Positions 1 to 8,161 of a stretch of 54,985 nucleotides of DNA are shown one piece after another. A program made the position numbers and the translations under genes. The DNA is from a virus (lineage: Duplodnaviria > Caudoviricetes), in the IMG/VR virus record IMGVR_UViG_3300010396_000013, positions 1-54,985 of that record. One strand, given 5' to 3'. The notes beneath the pieces were generated by a model. The model was not told the origin of the DNA, did no database searches, and saw only the letters and a list, made by a program, of their open reading frames with translations. How positions within the stretch are numbered: position 1 is the stretch's first letter; each line of letters starts with the position of its first letter.

Positions 1-32
1 GCCCTCGGGCAGGGCGGTGATGCCGGTGCCGC
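1..32. repeat. Terminal direct repeat (identical to 54954-54985), circularisation overlap
   Basis: gccctcgggcagggcggtgatgccggtgccgc at both ends; it lies within a tandem repeat, so the copy number across the join is uncertain. Confidence 0.85.
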
Positions 33-290
33 GCAGGTCGAGCGAGCCGCCGACGCTGAGGCCCTCGGGCAGCGCGGTGATGCCGGTGCCGCGCAGGTCG
101 AGCGAGCCGCCGACGCTGAGGCCCTCGGGCAGCGCGGTGATGCCGGTGCCGCTCAGGTCGAGCCAGCCTGCGACGCTGAGGCCCTCGGGCAGCGCGGTGA
201 TGCCGGTGCCGCGCAGGTCGAGCGAGCCGCCGACGCTGAGGCCCTCGGGCAGCGCGGTGATGCCGGTGCCGCTCAGGTCGAGCCAGCCCT
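1..290. repeat. 60-bp coding tandem repeat (about 5 units here, about 2 more at 54865-54985)
   Basis: Near-identical 60-nt units; the minus strand encodes LSVGGSLDLRGTGITALPEG. Confidence 0.95.
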
Positions 291-360
291 GCACCTGCAA
301 GCCCTTCGACGCCATGAAGCGCTCCACGGAAATGCGGTGGCCATCAATGTTGATCATCAT
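1..360 (-). CDS. Leucine-rich-repeat-like protein, 5' part (continues at 54985-54657)
   Basis: ATG at 360 with AAGGA RBS; MMINIDGHRISVERF... followed by 20-aa LDLxGTGITALPEGLSVGGS repeats. Confidence 0.85.
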   Translation of the reverse strand, partial: MMINIDGHRISVERFMASKGLQVQGWLDLSGTGITALPEGLSVGGSLDLRGTGITALPEGLSVAGWLDLSGTGITALPEGLSVGGSLDLRGTGITALPEGLSVGGSLDLRGTGITALPEG

Positions 361-507
361 CAGACGATTTCCTTGTTGCTCTCGGCCACCACCATCCGCG
401 CCCACATCACGCTGGCCGCGGTGATCATGATGTAGTCGTCGCCGTCCGCGATGTCCGTGTAGCCCTGGTGGTGGGCTTCCAGCAGGAGGCGGGCGCGGGG
501 GAGGGGA

Positions 508-684
508 TCACTCATCGTCATACCCCTTCGCCAGCATCACAGGATCGCAGTTCGGGCACCTCGCCTCGCATACACCTCGTGCATCCTGGGGCGGCGAGCC
601 GGCGCAGACGTAGGACATCGGAAATGTGTTGCGGACCGTGATGAAGCCTGTGTCTTCGCAGTGGGGGCAGTTGAAGTCATCCAT
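508..684 (-). CDS. Small CxxC zinc-finger-like hypothetical protein
   Basis: CPHC...CPNC motifs; lies in the leftward early operon. Confidence 0.6.
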   Translation of the reverse strand: MDDFNCPHCEDTGFITVRNTFPMSYVCAGSPPQDARGVCEARCPNCDPVMLAKGYDDE

Positions 685-877
685 GACCATGCGCTCCATA
701 TTTTGCGCGACGTGTCGCCCATGCTCGGGCGCGAATTTCAGCCGTCACTGCGGGATGTTTCGGCTCGGCCTTCTTGCGCGCCGGCAAATCCGGGCCGTCG
801 TCCAAGCCGCTGTTGTCGGGCTGGTGATCGTGCCGGAACGGAGATTCGCAGCCGCAGACGGGGCATAGCGCGCTCAT
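677..877 (-). CDS. Hypothetical protein
   Basis: Overlaps both neighbours; CPVC motif. Confidence 0.55.
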   Translation of the reverse strand: MSALCPVCGCESPFRHDHQPDNSGLDDGPDLPARKKAEPKHPAVTAEIRARAWATRRAKYGAHGHG

Positions 878-1365
878 TTCCACGCCTCCAAAGGTTGATC
901 TCCACGCACATACAAAGGATGCCTTGGGTGGCCGTCCTTCGTCTTGCCAAGGCAGACCAGTTGCGCGCCTGTTTGCATAAGCAACGCTGTATGCCGGTTG
1001 GTGTTGTTACCGAGCGCACCCCATGCGCAGACGATTGGCGAATTGACGCTCGCAGCCCATCGGCCCAATTCCAGTAGGTGCGCGTCATTCTCGGGGCCGT
1101 GCGGATCGCGTTGCCCCCACAATTCGGCAGGCTTTGTCGCTCGGTAGGCGTAGACATTGCACACGATGATGCCGCCCGCGCCTTCACGCCGAGCGAAGCC
1201 CATGCATCGGCGAATGGTCGGGTCATCGAGTTCGGCATCGGCGGTGCTCGGGTTCAGCATGACAAAGCCAAGCCGGGGACGCGTCCCCCAATAGCGATCA
1301 AGCCGATAACGGTAGCGGCCATCCGACGAAATGACGGCATGTTTGCGGACTGGAAAGTCGTCCAT
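874..1365 (-). CDS. DUF1643 family protein
   Basis: YRYRLDR-W, FVMLNPSTAD, DDPTIRRC, VCAWG and G-PRHPLY motifs. Confidence 0.9.
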   Translation of the reverse strand: MDDFPVRKHAVISSDGRYRYRLDRYWGTRPRLGFVMLNPSTADAELDDPTIRRCMGFARREGAGGIIVCNVYAYRATKPAELWGQRDPHGPENDAHLLELGRWAASVNSPIVCAWGALGNNTNRHTALLMQTGAQLVCLGKTKDGHPRHPLYVRGDQPLEAWK

Positions 1366-1757
1366 CACCCCGCCTCCCCGGACTGCGCGAGGGCGGCGCG
1401 GGCGAGGTCGTTGACGCGCCAAACCGTGGCCCGGTTGACATCCAGATATCCTGACGCGGCGCGGGTGGCGTTCTCGATATCGGTCAGCGCCGCCCTGAGC
1501 GCCGCAATCTCCGCGTCGCGCGGATCGGCGGGGATGGGGATGGCGCGGATGGCATTGGCGCAATAGCCGGCAACATTCGCGGGATTACATCCGGCAAAAT
1601 TGGCCGGATACGACCGTGCGGGCAGTCCTTCACATGTTTGCGCCGCCGCATCCCGCATCCCCTCGGCGGCCGACTTCGGGGCGGTCACGCCGGCCCCCAT
1701 CAACTCCGGATCGGCCGCGCCCTGCTCGGCCAGCATCAGGCGGAATTCGCGGGTCAT
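1365..1757 (-). CDS. Hypothetical phage protein
   Basis: Start/stop overlaps with both neighbours. Confidence 0.6.
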   Translation of the reverse strand: MTREFRLMLAEQGAADPELMGAGVTAPKSAAEGMRDAAAQTCEGLPARSYPANFAGCNPANVAGYCANAIRAIPIPADPRDAEIAALRAALTDIENATRAASGYLDVNRATVWRVNDLARAALAQSGEAG

Positions 1758-2251
1758 GCCGCCCTCTCCTGTTGAGCAAATTCACGACGCGCACGCAATG
1801 CCTTGGCAACGCGGTCGTAGAGAACGACGTTGACGGCAGCAGCAAGGTTCAAACATGCTTGCGCGGGGATGATGACGGATCGGGCGCAGCGACTAGTAAT
1901 GGCTTTACCGAGCGTACCGTCTTCCGGGCCAAAAACGTAAAACGACCGGGGAAGATGGAAAAACTCATCCAGCATGACAGCGCCGGGCACGATATCGACG
2001 GCAACCGGCTCGCAATCATACGGACAATAGGCCAGCACATCATCGCCATGAAACAGCGGCCGGTGCCGGGTTGTGTGCATCGTATCGGTAGATACCTTGT
2101 GGTAGCGGTGCCCTGAGACGGCTACGAACGCCGCATCGAAACAGAACGCCGCACGAAGCACAGCGCCGACGTTGTGGCTGGTTTTGGGGCTGACCAAGCC
2201 GATTGCACAAAAGCCACGGCGGGGCATTTCGACGCCTGCAATCGGTCCCAT
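1754..2251 (-). CDS. SpoU/TrmH (SPOUT) family RNA methyltransferase
   Basis: PKTSHNVGAVLRAA, YVFGPEDGTL and CLNLAAAVNVVLYDR correspond to SPOUT motifs I-III. Confidence 0.85.
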   Translation of the reverse strand: MGPIAGVEMPRRGFCAIGLVSPKTSHNVGAVLRAAFCFDAAFVAVSGHRYHKVSTDTMHTTRHRPLFHGDDVLAYCPYDCEPVAVDIVPGAVMLDEFFHLPRSFYVFGPEDGTLGKAITSRCARSVIIPAQACLNLAAAVNVVLYDRVAKALRARREFAQQERAA

Positions 2252-2472
2252 CACCCCATCCTCCCAGCCCGCACCGCCGCCAGCCGCTTGATCACCTCGT
2301 CCAGCGCATCGCCGGAGAGAAATACCGTCTGCGTCTGCATCCGGCCGCACATGTCGCGCTCGACGCGGATGCTGATCTCGTCGCAGTCGTCGATCTCGAT
2401 TTCGATGGCCTCGGTGCAGAGGCCCTCTTCGCTGGGGATGATGATGGGGTGGGTGTGGAGGTGGGGGGTCAT
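2251..2472 (-). CDS. Hypothetical protein
   Basis: TGATG coupling on both sides. Confidence 0.55.
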   Translation of the reverse strand: MTPHLHTHPIIIPSEEGLCTEAIEIEIDDCDEISIRVERDMCGRMQTQTVFLSGDALDEVIKRLAAVRAGRMG

Positions 2473-2924
2473 CACACCCCCTCCACACAAAACGGAGCCG
2501 CACCGGCCATCTCGCCGGCCCGCGCACATGCCGCCTCATGGAACTCGCGGACCTCGGCGGCCGAGAAATCGCGGCGCGTCAGGTCGGCCATGGTGCAGCG
2601 CGTGTGCTGGTCCACGAGATCGATAATCGCCAGCGCCATGCGGCGGATCATGGTGTCGCGGTGGACGGTGGCGCGGCTGACGATCCAGGCTTCGGCGGCA
2701 GCGAACGCTTCGGGCCACGTTGCGCCGAAAACGAATTCTCCGTTGCCAAGAATGCCGGTCGGGTAGATCGAAACAGTCGCCGGCCGTTCTTCACGGTCCT
2801 CATTGCCGCTCATCGTTCCGACACGCGATTTGTGACCAAGCATCTTGCCAAGCCGCACGCATTCGGCGCGGAGATCAGCCGCCGTCATGGCATCGGCCAG
2901 CGGGGCTACGGTGTTGGTGTTCAT
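2472..2924 (-). CDS. Hypothetical protein
   Basis: 150-aa ORF coupled to its neighbours. Confidence 0.65.
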   Translation of the reverse strand: MNTNTVAPLADAMTAADLRAECVRLGKMLGHKSRVGTMSGNEDREERPATVSIYPTGILGNGEFVFGATWPEAFAAAEAWIVSRATVHRDTMIRRMALAIIDLVDQHTRCTMADLTRRDFSAAEVREFHEAACARAGEMAGAAPFCVEGV

Positions 2925-3160
2925 TATTCGGCTTCCCGATCATTCTGCATCGCCGTCTCCAAATCCGGCATGTCGTCCAGCGCGCCAAGCCAGTCGGCCA
3001 GCTCGTCCTCGGTGTAGCGACGGGCACGGCGCATCTCGGAGCACACGGCGGCGCGCAGTTCGGCTCGCAGCTTGTTCAGCCGTGCCACGTCTGGGCCGGT
3101 TTCGTCCGGGGCGTCGTAGCCTGCGGGCATGCGGTGGTGGGGGGCGAGGATGGTGTTCAT
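2924..3160 (-). CDS. Hypothetical protein, first gene of the leftward operon
   Basis: ORF downstream of a leftward promoter-like sequence; no HTH or S24 peptidase features. Confidence 0.6.
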   Translation of the reverse strand: MNTILAPHHRMPAGYDAPDETGPDVARLNKLRAELRAAVCSEMRRARRYTEDELADWLGALDDMPDLETAMQNDREAE

Positions 3161-3184
3161 GGCGGCGGTATCCGTCTGTGGTTT

Positions 3185-3284
3185 CAGAACCTTAATTCCA
3201 CTCATCCGCCCTGTCCAGAGAAAAACGAACGCGCGATAACTTTTTTAGGTTGCGGAATGTCGGAGCATGCGCATAGGATACGGC
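3185..3284. promoter_or_regulatory. Divergent early promoters
   Basis: Leftward TGGACA-N17-TAAGGT; rightward TTGCGG-N18-TAGGAT ending 5 nt before the cro ATG. Confidence 0.5.
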
Positions 3285-3482
3285 ATGCGCGATCAAATTC
3301 TCACCGAAATCCTGTCCCGCCGCAATGCGGTCAAACACATCGCGGAGGCATGCCGCATCACGCCGGCAGCCGTATCGCAATGGTCGAGGGTGCCGCGATG
3401 GCACGTCGAAACCGTGGCGGCGCTGGTGAGCGTCAAGGCCGAGGATATTCGGCCCGATTTGTATCCTGCGGGGATGGAGTGA
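3285..3482 (+). CDS. cro: Cro/YdaS-like HTH repressor
   Basis: IAEACRITPAAVSQW helix-turn-helix and C-terminal IRPDLY typical of Cro/YdaS. Confidence 0.85.
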   Translation: MRDQILTEILSRRNAVKHIAEACRITPAAVSQWSRVPRWHVETVAALVSVKAEDIRPDLYPAGME

Positions 3483-4042
3483 TGGCTCCTCCCAGCTACG
3501 TCCTCACCGATGACATGCGCGCCAATATCCGCCAGATGCGCGAGAACGGCATTTCGTGGACCGCCATCGCCGGGCTGATCGGCGTCTCCAAGTGGACGAT
3601 CGACATCATATCGCGGGAGTTCCGCAGCGTCGGCATCGGACGCGTTCATGCCTCACCGACCGGGCCTCGGCTGCCGTGGACGCAAGAGCGTGATACCGAG
3701 ATGGTGCGACGCTTTGCGCTGGGCGAGAACAACGCGCGCATCGCGCAGGCGCTGGAAACCAGCAAAGCGGCCGTGACGGCGCGGATGGCGATCTTGCGAG
3801 AACGCGGGCTTTCCGTCACGCGCGGGGAATGTCGGGACTGGGGCGGCGCTGCGTCCGTCGAACTGCCCCCGATGCCGTCGCGGAGTTGGGCGACGCCGCC
3901 AGCGATGCGGGCCAAGCCGGTGACGACGATGCGACGTTGTCTCGGCACGGAATGCGGGGGGGGCAGTTTCCCATCGGTCGGCCCCGGCAACAGGCTATGC
4001 TCGCGGTGCCTTGGCACAACGTCTCGGGTAGGAATAATGTAA
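3482..4042 (+). CDS. GcrA-like HTH regulator with C-terminal zinc finger
   Basis: WTQERD...ARIAQALETSKAAVTARM resembles the GcrA N-terminus; C-terminal RRCL..CG..F.S.GPGNRLCSRC. Confidence 0.6.
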   Translation: MAPPSYVLTDDMRANIRQMRENGISWTAIAGLIGVSKWTIDIISREFRSVGIGRVHASPTGPRLPWTQERDTEMVRRFALGENNARIAQALETSKAAVTARMAILRERGLSVTRGECRDWGGAASVELPPMPSRSWATPPAMRAKPVTTMRRCLGTECGGGSFPSVGPGNRLCSRCLGTTSRVGIM

Positions 4043-4182
4043 TGTCCTGGTGGGTTCTCGTTCCGCTTGTGTGGATCAGCGCGCTACTTTGGGTGGTGGG
4101 CTGGATTTATCTGGTGTCGGAGCGGAAACCGCCGTGCAATGCGCTGCGGGACAAGGACGGGTGGAGGGGGACGGATCAATGA
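4042..4182 (+). CDS. Small membrane protein
   Basis: Single hydrophobic helix; coupled to neighbours. Confidence 0.5.
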   Translation: MSWWVLVPLVWISALLWVVGWIYLVSERKPPCNALRDKDGWRGTDQ

Positions 4183-4442
4183 TCGACCGTGACGCCGAGA
4201 TTGCGACGATGGTGGATGAGTATTTGGTGAAAACCAGTCGATTTGGGCACGCGCCGACGGAGAAGCATTCCGCTGCTGGGCGCGCCGCCGGACACACCGC
4301 ATATGCGCGATACTGGCAAGCGAGAATGGGCATGAAAAACACAGAAATCCCGCCAATGCCGGAAGATTTCGTGATCTTGCCAGACGAAACCCCGGCCGAG
4401 GATGTCGAACGGCGCGGCGTAATCGGGACTGAAACGGAATGA
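4179..4442 (+). CDS. Hypothetical protein
   Basis: ATGA overlaps; GGAGG RBS. Confidence 0.55.
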   Translation: MIDRDAEIATMVDEYLVKTSRFGHAPTEKHSAAGRAAGHTAYARYWQARMGMKNTEIPPMPEDFVILPDETPAEDVERRGVIGTETE

Positions 4443-4705
4443 GCGCGCCAGAATTCAAAATACGGACTATTGCGGATATCCGCGCGATACCGATCGAAAA
4501 GCGGGATGCATTTTTGACCGATCTCAAATATTGGCTAGAATTTCTTGACGATAACGAGAAAATTGTCGCAGAAATTGCGACTGATCTTGGCTTGCCGTCA
4601 AACTCTATAATCATGGACGACGACCGTGAATGCATGACATGGATTGACGACGGCGAACATAAAACTTTCATTGTCCTTCATCCGGCAGAGAGTAAACAAC
4701 CATGA
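4439..4705 (+). CDS. Hypothetical protein (lower GC)
   Basis: 88-aa ORF with ATGA overlap. Confidence 0.6.
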   Translation: MSAPEFKIRTIADIRAIPIEKRDAFLTDLKYWLEFLDDNEKIVAEIATDLGLPSNSIIMDDDRECMTWIDDGEHKTFIVLHPAESKQP

Positions 4706-4872
4706 CGTACGCGGCGCAATCGGGCGTGTCAGCTTTTGGACCGGCCGGCACGGACGACGCCGCGCAGACCCACGCCAGCGGGCCGAGGGCTTCGGGCCTA
4801 CGCGCTGGCGTGGTGCTTATCTGATGCAATGGTGGTGGTGGCCCATGACGGCAGCTGTAGCGTGGGGCGTTG

Positions 4873-5745
4873 ATGCAATTCTTTCTCGGCGTGCATCAGC
4901 CCAGCGACGCCGCGCGAGCGCCGAGAGCATTCGTATCGATCAACCGCATTCGCAATCGCAAATCTCCATTTCCCGTAAGGGAGTGGATCATGGATAGCGG
5001 GGCATTCACGACCGTCAACAAATTCGGCGGCTATCCCGAGGAACCGGCGGTGTATGCCGCGCAAATTCGGCGGTGGGCCGATAATGGCGAGCTATTGGCT
5101 GCGGTGTCTCAGGATTACATGTGCGAACCGTTCGTCTTGGCGCGGACTGGTCTGACGATTGCCGATCATCAGCGGCTCACAATCGAGCGATACGACGCGC
5201 TGCTGGAAGCGGGGACTGCGGGTGTCTACGTGATGCCGGTCCTGCAAGGCTATGCGCCGGCTGATTATGTCGCGCATATCCGGCAATATGGCCCGCGATT
5301 GGCTCACGGCGCATGGGTTGGCGTCGGCAGTGTGTGCAAGCGCAATGGCACCCCGAGCGCGATCGAGTGCGTGTTGCTGGCGATCAAAGCCGAGAGGCCC
5401 GATCTGCGGCTGCACGGATTTGGGGTCAAGATCACGTCGCTTGGCTCACAGCTGGTGCGCGATCTGCTGCACAGCGCGGACTCGATGGCGTGGTCTTACG
5501 CGGCGCGGATGACGGGCGGCGATGGCAACGACATCCGCAACGGCATCCGGTATGCGCGGCGGGTCGAGACGATGGCGACGCAGGAAAGTTTCTTTGGGAT
5601 TGACCAATTCGGCCCCGTCTATCTGGCGCCGATGCAGGGCGGGGCTGCGGCTCCCCGTGCGTGTGACGATGGTTCGTCCCTGAAACTGGCCGCCGATGCC
5701 CCGAGTGTCGGCGGTCCCTTTTCGAGGGAGTGGTGGGAAATATGA
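4873..5745 (+). CDS. Queuine tRNA-ribosyltransferase (TGT)-fold protein, DpdA/DUF7221-like
   Basis: MDSGAF, QDYMCE, PVLQG, VGVGSVCKR, LHGFGVK and SADSMAW motifs. Confidence 0.8.
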   Translation: MQFFLGVHQPSDAARAPRAFVSINRIRNRKSPFPVREWIMDSGAFTTVNKFGGYPEEPAVYAAQIRRWADNGELLAAVSQDYMCEPFVLARTGLTIADHQRLTIERYDALLEAGTAGVYVMPVLQGYAPADYVAHIRQYGPRLAHGAWVGVGSVCKRNGTPSAIECVLLAIKAERPDLRLHGFGVKITSLGSQLVRDLLHSADSMAWSYAARMTGGDGNDIRNGIRYARRVETMATQESFFGIDQFGPVYLAPMQGGAAAPRACDDGSSLKLAADAPSVGGPFSREWWEI

Positions 5746-6557
5746 GCCGGGTCGAGGTCATCGGGAATGCCAAGCTTTATCTCGGCGATTGTCGGGAGAT
5801 TTTGCCTACGCTGGGGCGGGTGGACGCAGTTGTTACGGACCCGCCGTATGGGAATGCCAACCACGACGGGGATTGGAATGCGCGCCTGAACGACCATCGC
5901 GGCATCGAGAATATGCCCATTGCCAACGACACGGCCGATGCGATGCGAGCAGTTATGGATGACATGCTCCGGGCTGTCGTGCCGCTCTTGAGCAAGCAGG
6001 CGTCGGCGTGCTGCTGCTTTTGTGGCGGGGGGGGGGGGGCTCGTCCTGTGTTCGGGTGGTTGGCCGAACGCATGGACCGCGAGGGACTGCAATTCTTTCA
6101 TTCTCTGGTCTGGGACAAGCGCAATCCGGGCCTCGGACAACGCTATCGGCGGCAGCATGAAATGGTGATGATCGCGCATATCACGGGCGGTCGCATTCGG
6201 TGGAATGCCGACAACAGAAAGGTACCCAATGTCCTTTCAGGGATGCCGCCGCGCGACCGCCTGCATCCCAACGAAAAGCCCGTCGAGATCGTTGAGATAT
6301 TAGTCGCCACACATTCCAATGAGGGCGACCTAATTCTCGACCCCTTCATGGGCAGCGGTACCACCGGCGTTGCCTGCGCGCGTCTCGGCCGCTCCTTCAT
6401 CGGTATCGAGATCGACGAGAAATATTTCGACATCGCGGTGCGAAGGATAGAGCAAGCCCAGCGCCAGGCCGACCTTTTCATCCACCCCGCCGACCCCGAG
6501 CGCGGCTACCAGCAGGCGGCGCTGTCGCTGCATGACGTCGAGGACCGCGCACCATGA
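5742..6557 (+). CDS. DNA methyltransferase, N4-C/N6-A beta class
   Basis: TDPPY catalytic motif precedes HPNEKP and DPFMGSGTTG SAM-binding motif. Confidence 0.92.
   Translation: MSRVEVIGNAKLYLGDCREILPTLGRVDAVVTDPPYGNANHDGDWNARLNDHRGIENMPIANDTADAMRAVMDDMLRAVVPLLSKQASACCCFCGGGGGARPVFGWLAERMDREGLQFFHSLVWDKRNPGLGQRYRRQHEMVMIAHITGGRIRWNADNRKVPNVLSGMPPRDRLHPNEKPVEIVEILVATHSNEGDLILDPFMGSGTTGVACARLGRSFIGIEIDEKYFDIAVRRIEQAQRQADLFIHPADPERGYQQAALSLHDVEDRAP
6027..6039 (+). repeat. G13 homopolymer inside the methyltransferase gene
   Basis: 13 consecutive G encoding GGGGA, currently in frame. Confidence 0.95.
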
Positions 6558-6964
6558 TCCGCACCATCTGCCGCACCCTCCACATCCCCTACCGCCCCGC
6601 ATACAGCCCGGATGGTCCTGTGGTGCTCTACACCCGCGCCCAGGTCGCCGCACGCAAGGCGCTGTGGGCCAAGCTCGGCGCCGCTGCTGTGGTCTGCACC
6701 GTCGCCGCCACAGGCTACGCCGCCGCCCAGCACGCACCGGCCGCCTGGCTCGGCATCCCCGAACCGCTCCCCGCGATCCACGCGCCGGTGCCGCTCTGGC
6801 GCGGGATGCCGCCGGAGCCGACATGGCGGGCTACGGGGGAGCCGGTGCATGCGGTGCCGGAGCCGGCGTCTGCGTTGGTGCTGGGGATGGCGATTGCTGC
6901 CCTCGCGCTGCTGCGTAAACCCGCGCCGGGCGGTTCCCCGGTCAATGAGGAAAATACTCAATGA
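6554..6964 (+). CDS. PEP-CTERM sorting domain protein
   Basis: VPEPASALVLGMAIAALALLRK (PEP motif, TM helix, basic residues) after a hydrophobic N-terminal segment and Pro-rich linker. Confidence 0.75.
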   Translation: MIRTICRTLHIPYRPAYSPDGPVVLYTRAQVAARKALWAKLGAAAVVCTVAATGYAAAQHAPAAWLGIPEPLPAIHAPVPLWRGMPPEPTWRATGEPVHAVPEPASALVLGMAIAALALLRKPAPGGSPVNEENTQ

Positions 6965-7476
6965 ATGACATGATGACTTCCGAACCCACGGCTATGACCA
7001 AGCGCGGCAAGGCTCCCGCCGCAATCACCGATATCGAGGCGCGCACGGTGACCCACAATGGCGCCGTCTATGCTCTTGACGGCCTGCCGGCGCACATCAT
7101 CACCGGACTGGCGCTCAAGGGCCTGCGGCTGGAACTGGTTGGCACCGATACGCCGTCCACGCGCTATGCCGACCTTCTGTCCGGAGAGCGCGCCATGGTG
7201 CGCACCGCCAAGCCGAAGACTGCGGCGATGACCGATATCCAGATCGGGCTGGCGACCACGCTCGCAGAAGAGCGGATCAAGGTCGAGAAGGTCTCCGGCA
7301 TCGACAAGGCGCGTCGTGCTGCGCTGCTGGACGAGGCCAAGGCGGATATCATGGCGCTGGATCGGGCGTCGCTGGCGCTGGCGAAGTCGTGCGCGCTGGC
7401 GCGGCGGTCGCTGCTGACGATCCCGGCACTGGCTGGGACGGGCGCCGGCGACGATGGCAAGCGCGAGTCGGCGTGA
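6961..7476 (+). CDS. Hypothetical protein
   Basis: GAGG RBS; coupled ORF. Confidence 0.65.
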   Translation: MNDMMTSEPTAMTKRGKAPAAITDIEARTVTHNGAVYALDGLPAHIITGLALKGLRLELVGTDTPSTRYADLLSGERAMVRTAKPKTAAMTDIQIGLATTLAEERIKVEKVSGIDKARRAALLDEAKADIMALDRASLALAKSCALARRSLLTIPALAGTGAGDDGKRESA

Positions 7477-7682
7477 TGAACATCAAATCCGACTTCGCAA
7501 TCCTTGACGTTCTTACCGGCCGTGGCGCTCTGAACAAACTCATCCCCCGCAAGCGCGTGCCGGTCACGATCACCGGCTTCATCACCCACGCGCATGGCAG
7601 CTTCGACGGCACATCGCAGGAATTCACGGTGGATGTCACCGGGGTGGAGTGCGGCGAGCCGGAGAAGGTGGTGAAGGGCTGA
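7476..7682 (+). CDS. Hypothetical protein
   Basis: TGATG coupling. Confidence 0.6.
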   Translation: MNIKSDFAILDVLTGRGALNKLIPRKRVPVTITGFITHAHGSFDGTSQEFTVDVTGVECGEPEKVVKG

Positions 7683-7885
7683 TGGCGAGCCTCGCAGACA
7701 TTTACAGCAATTTGCGTAGTGCCTGCGAGGCATCCGGCGGACAGCGCGCATGGGCGCGGAAGCATGGAATCTCGGAGCAATACGTCAGTGACGTTCTGAG
7801 CGCCCGGCGCGATCCCGGCGGCAAAATTCTGACCGCGCTCGGCTATGTCCGGCGCGTGACCTATGAACGGAGCAACCACGCATGA
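7682..7885 (+). CDS. Small HTH DNA-binding protein
   Basis: QRAWARKHGISEQYVSDVLSARR helix-turn-helix. Confidence 0.7.
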   Translation: MASLADIYSNLRSACEASGGQRAWARKHGISEQYVSDVLSARRDPGGKILTALGYVRRVTYERSNHA

Positions 7886-8148
7886 CCGAGATCGGTGACA
7901 ACAGCGGCATCGTCGCGGAACCTTTGGCGGCTGATCGGCTGCGTTCTTTTGTCGAAAGATACGAGCGCATCGATGAGGAAGTTGCCGAGCGACGCGCGGA
8001 TCAGAAGGACTTGATGCAAGAGATCGCCAGCGCCGGCTTTGACAAAAAAGCGGTGCGACAACTGATCCGCATCCGCAAAATGGACCCGGCCGAGGTCGAA
8101 GAGCAGGAAACGCTGCTCGATGTCTATCGCCGCGCTTTGGGGATGTAA
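7882..8148 (+). CDS. gapR: DUF2312/GapR family nucleoid-associated protein
   Basis: DRLRSFVERYERIDEE...GFDKKAVRQLIRIRKMD...EQETLLDVYRRALGM. Confidence 0.9.
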   Translation: MTEIGDNSGIVAEPLAADRLRSFVERYERIDEEVAERRADQKDLMQEIASAGFDKKAVRQLIRIRKMDPAEVEEQETLLDVYRRALGM

Positions 8149-8161
8149 AAAGGGAAATGCC

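Noticed and set aside
1-290. Possible CRISPR array
   Set aside because: Units are contiguous 60-mers with no unique spacers, keep a reading frame, and no cas genes are present
17-424. Plus-strand repetitive ORF (MMPVPRRSS...)
   Set aside because: Shadow of the minus-strand LRR-like gene, which has an RBS and matches operon direction
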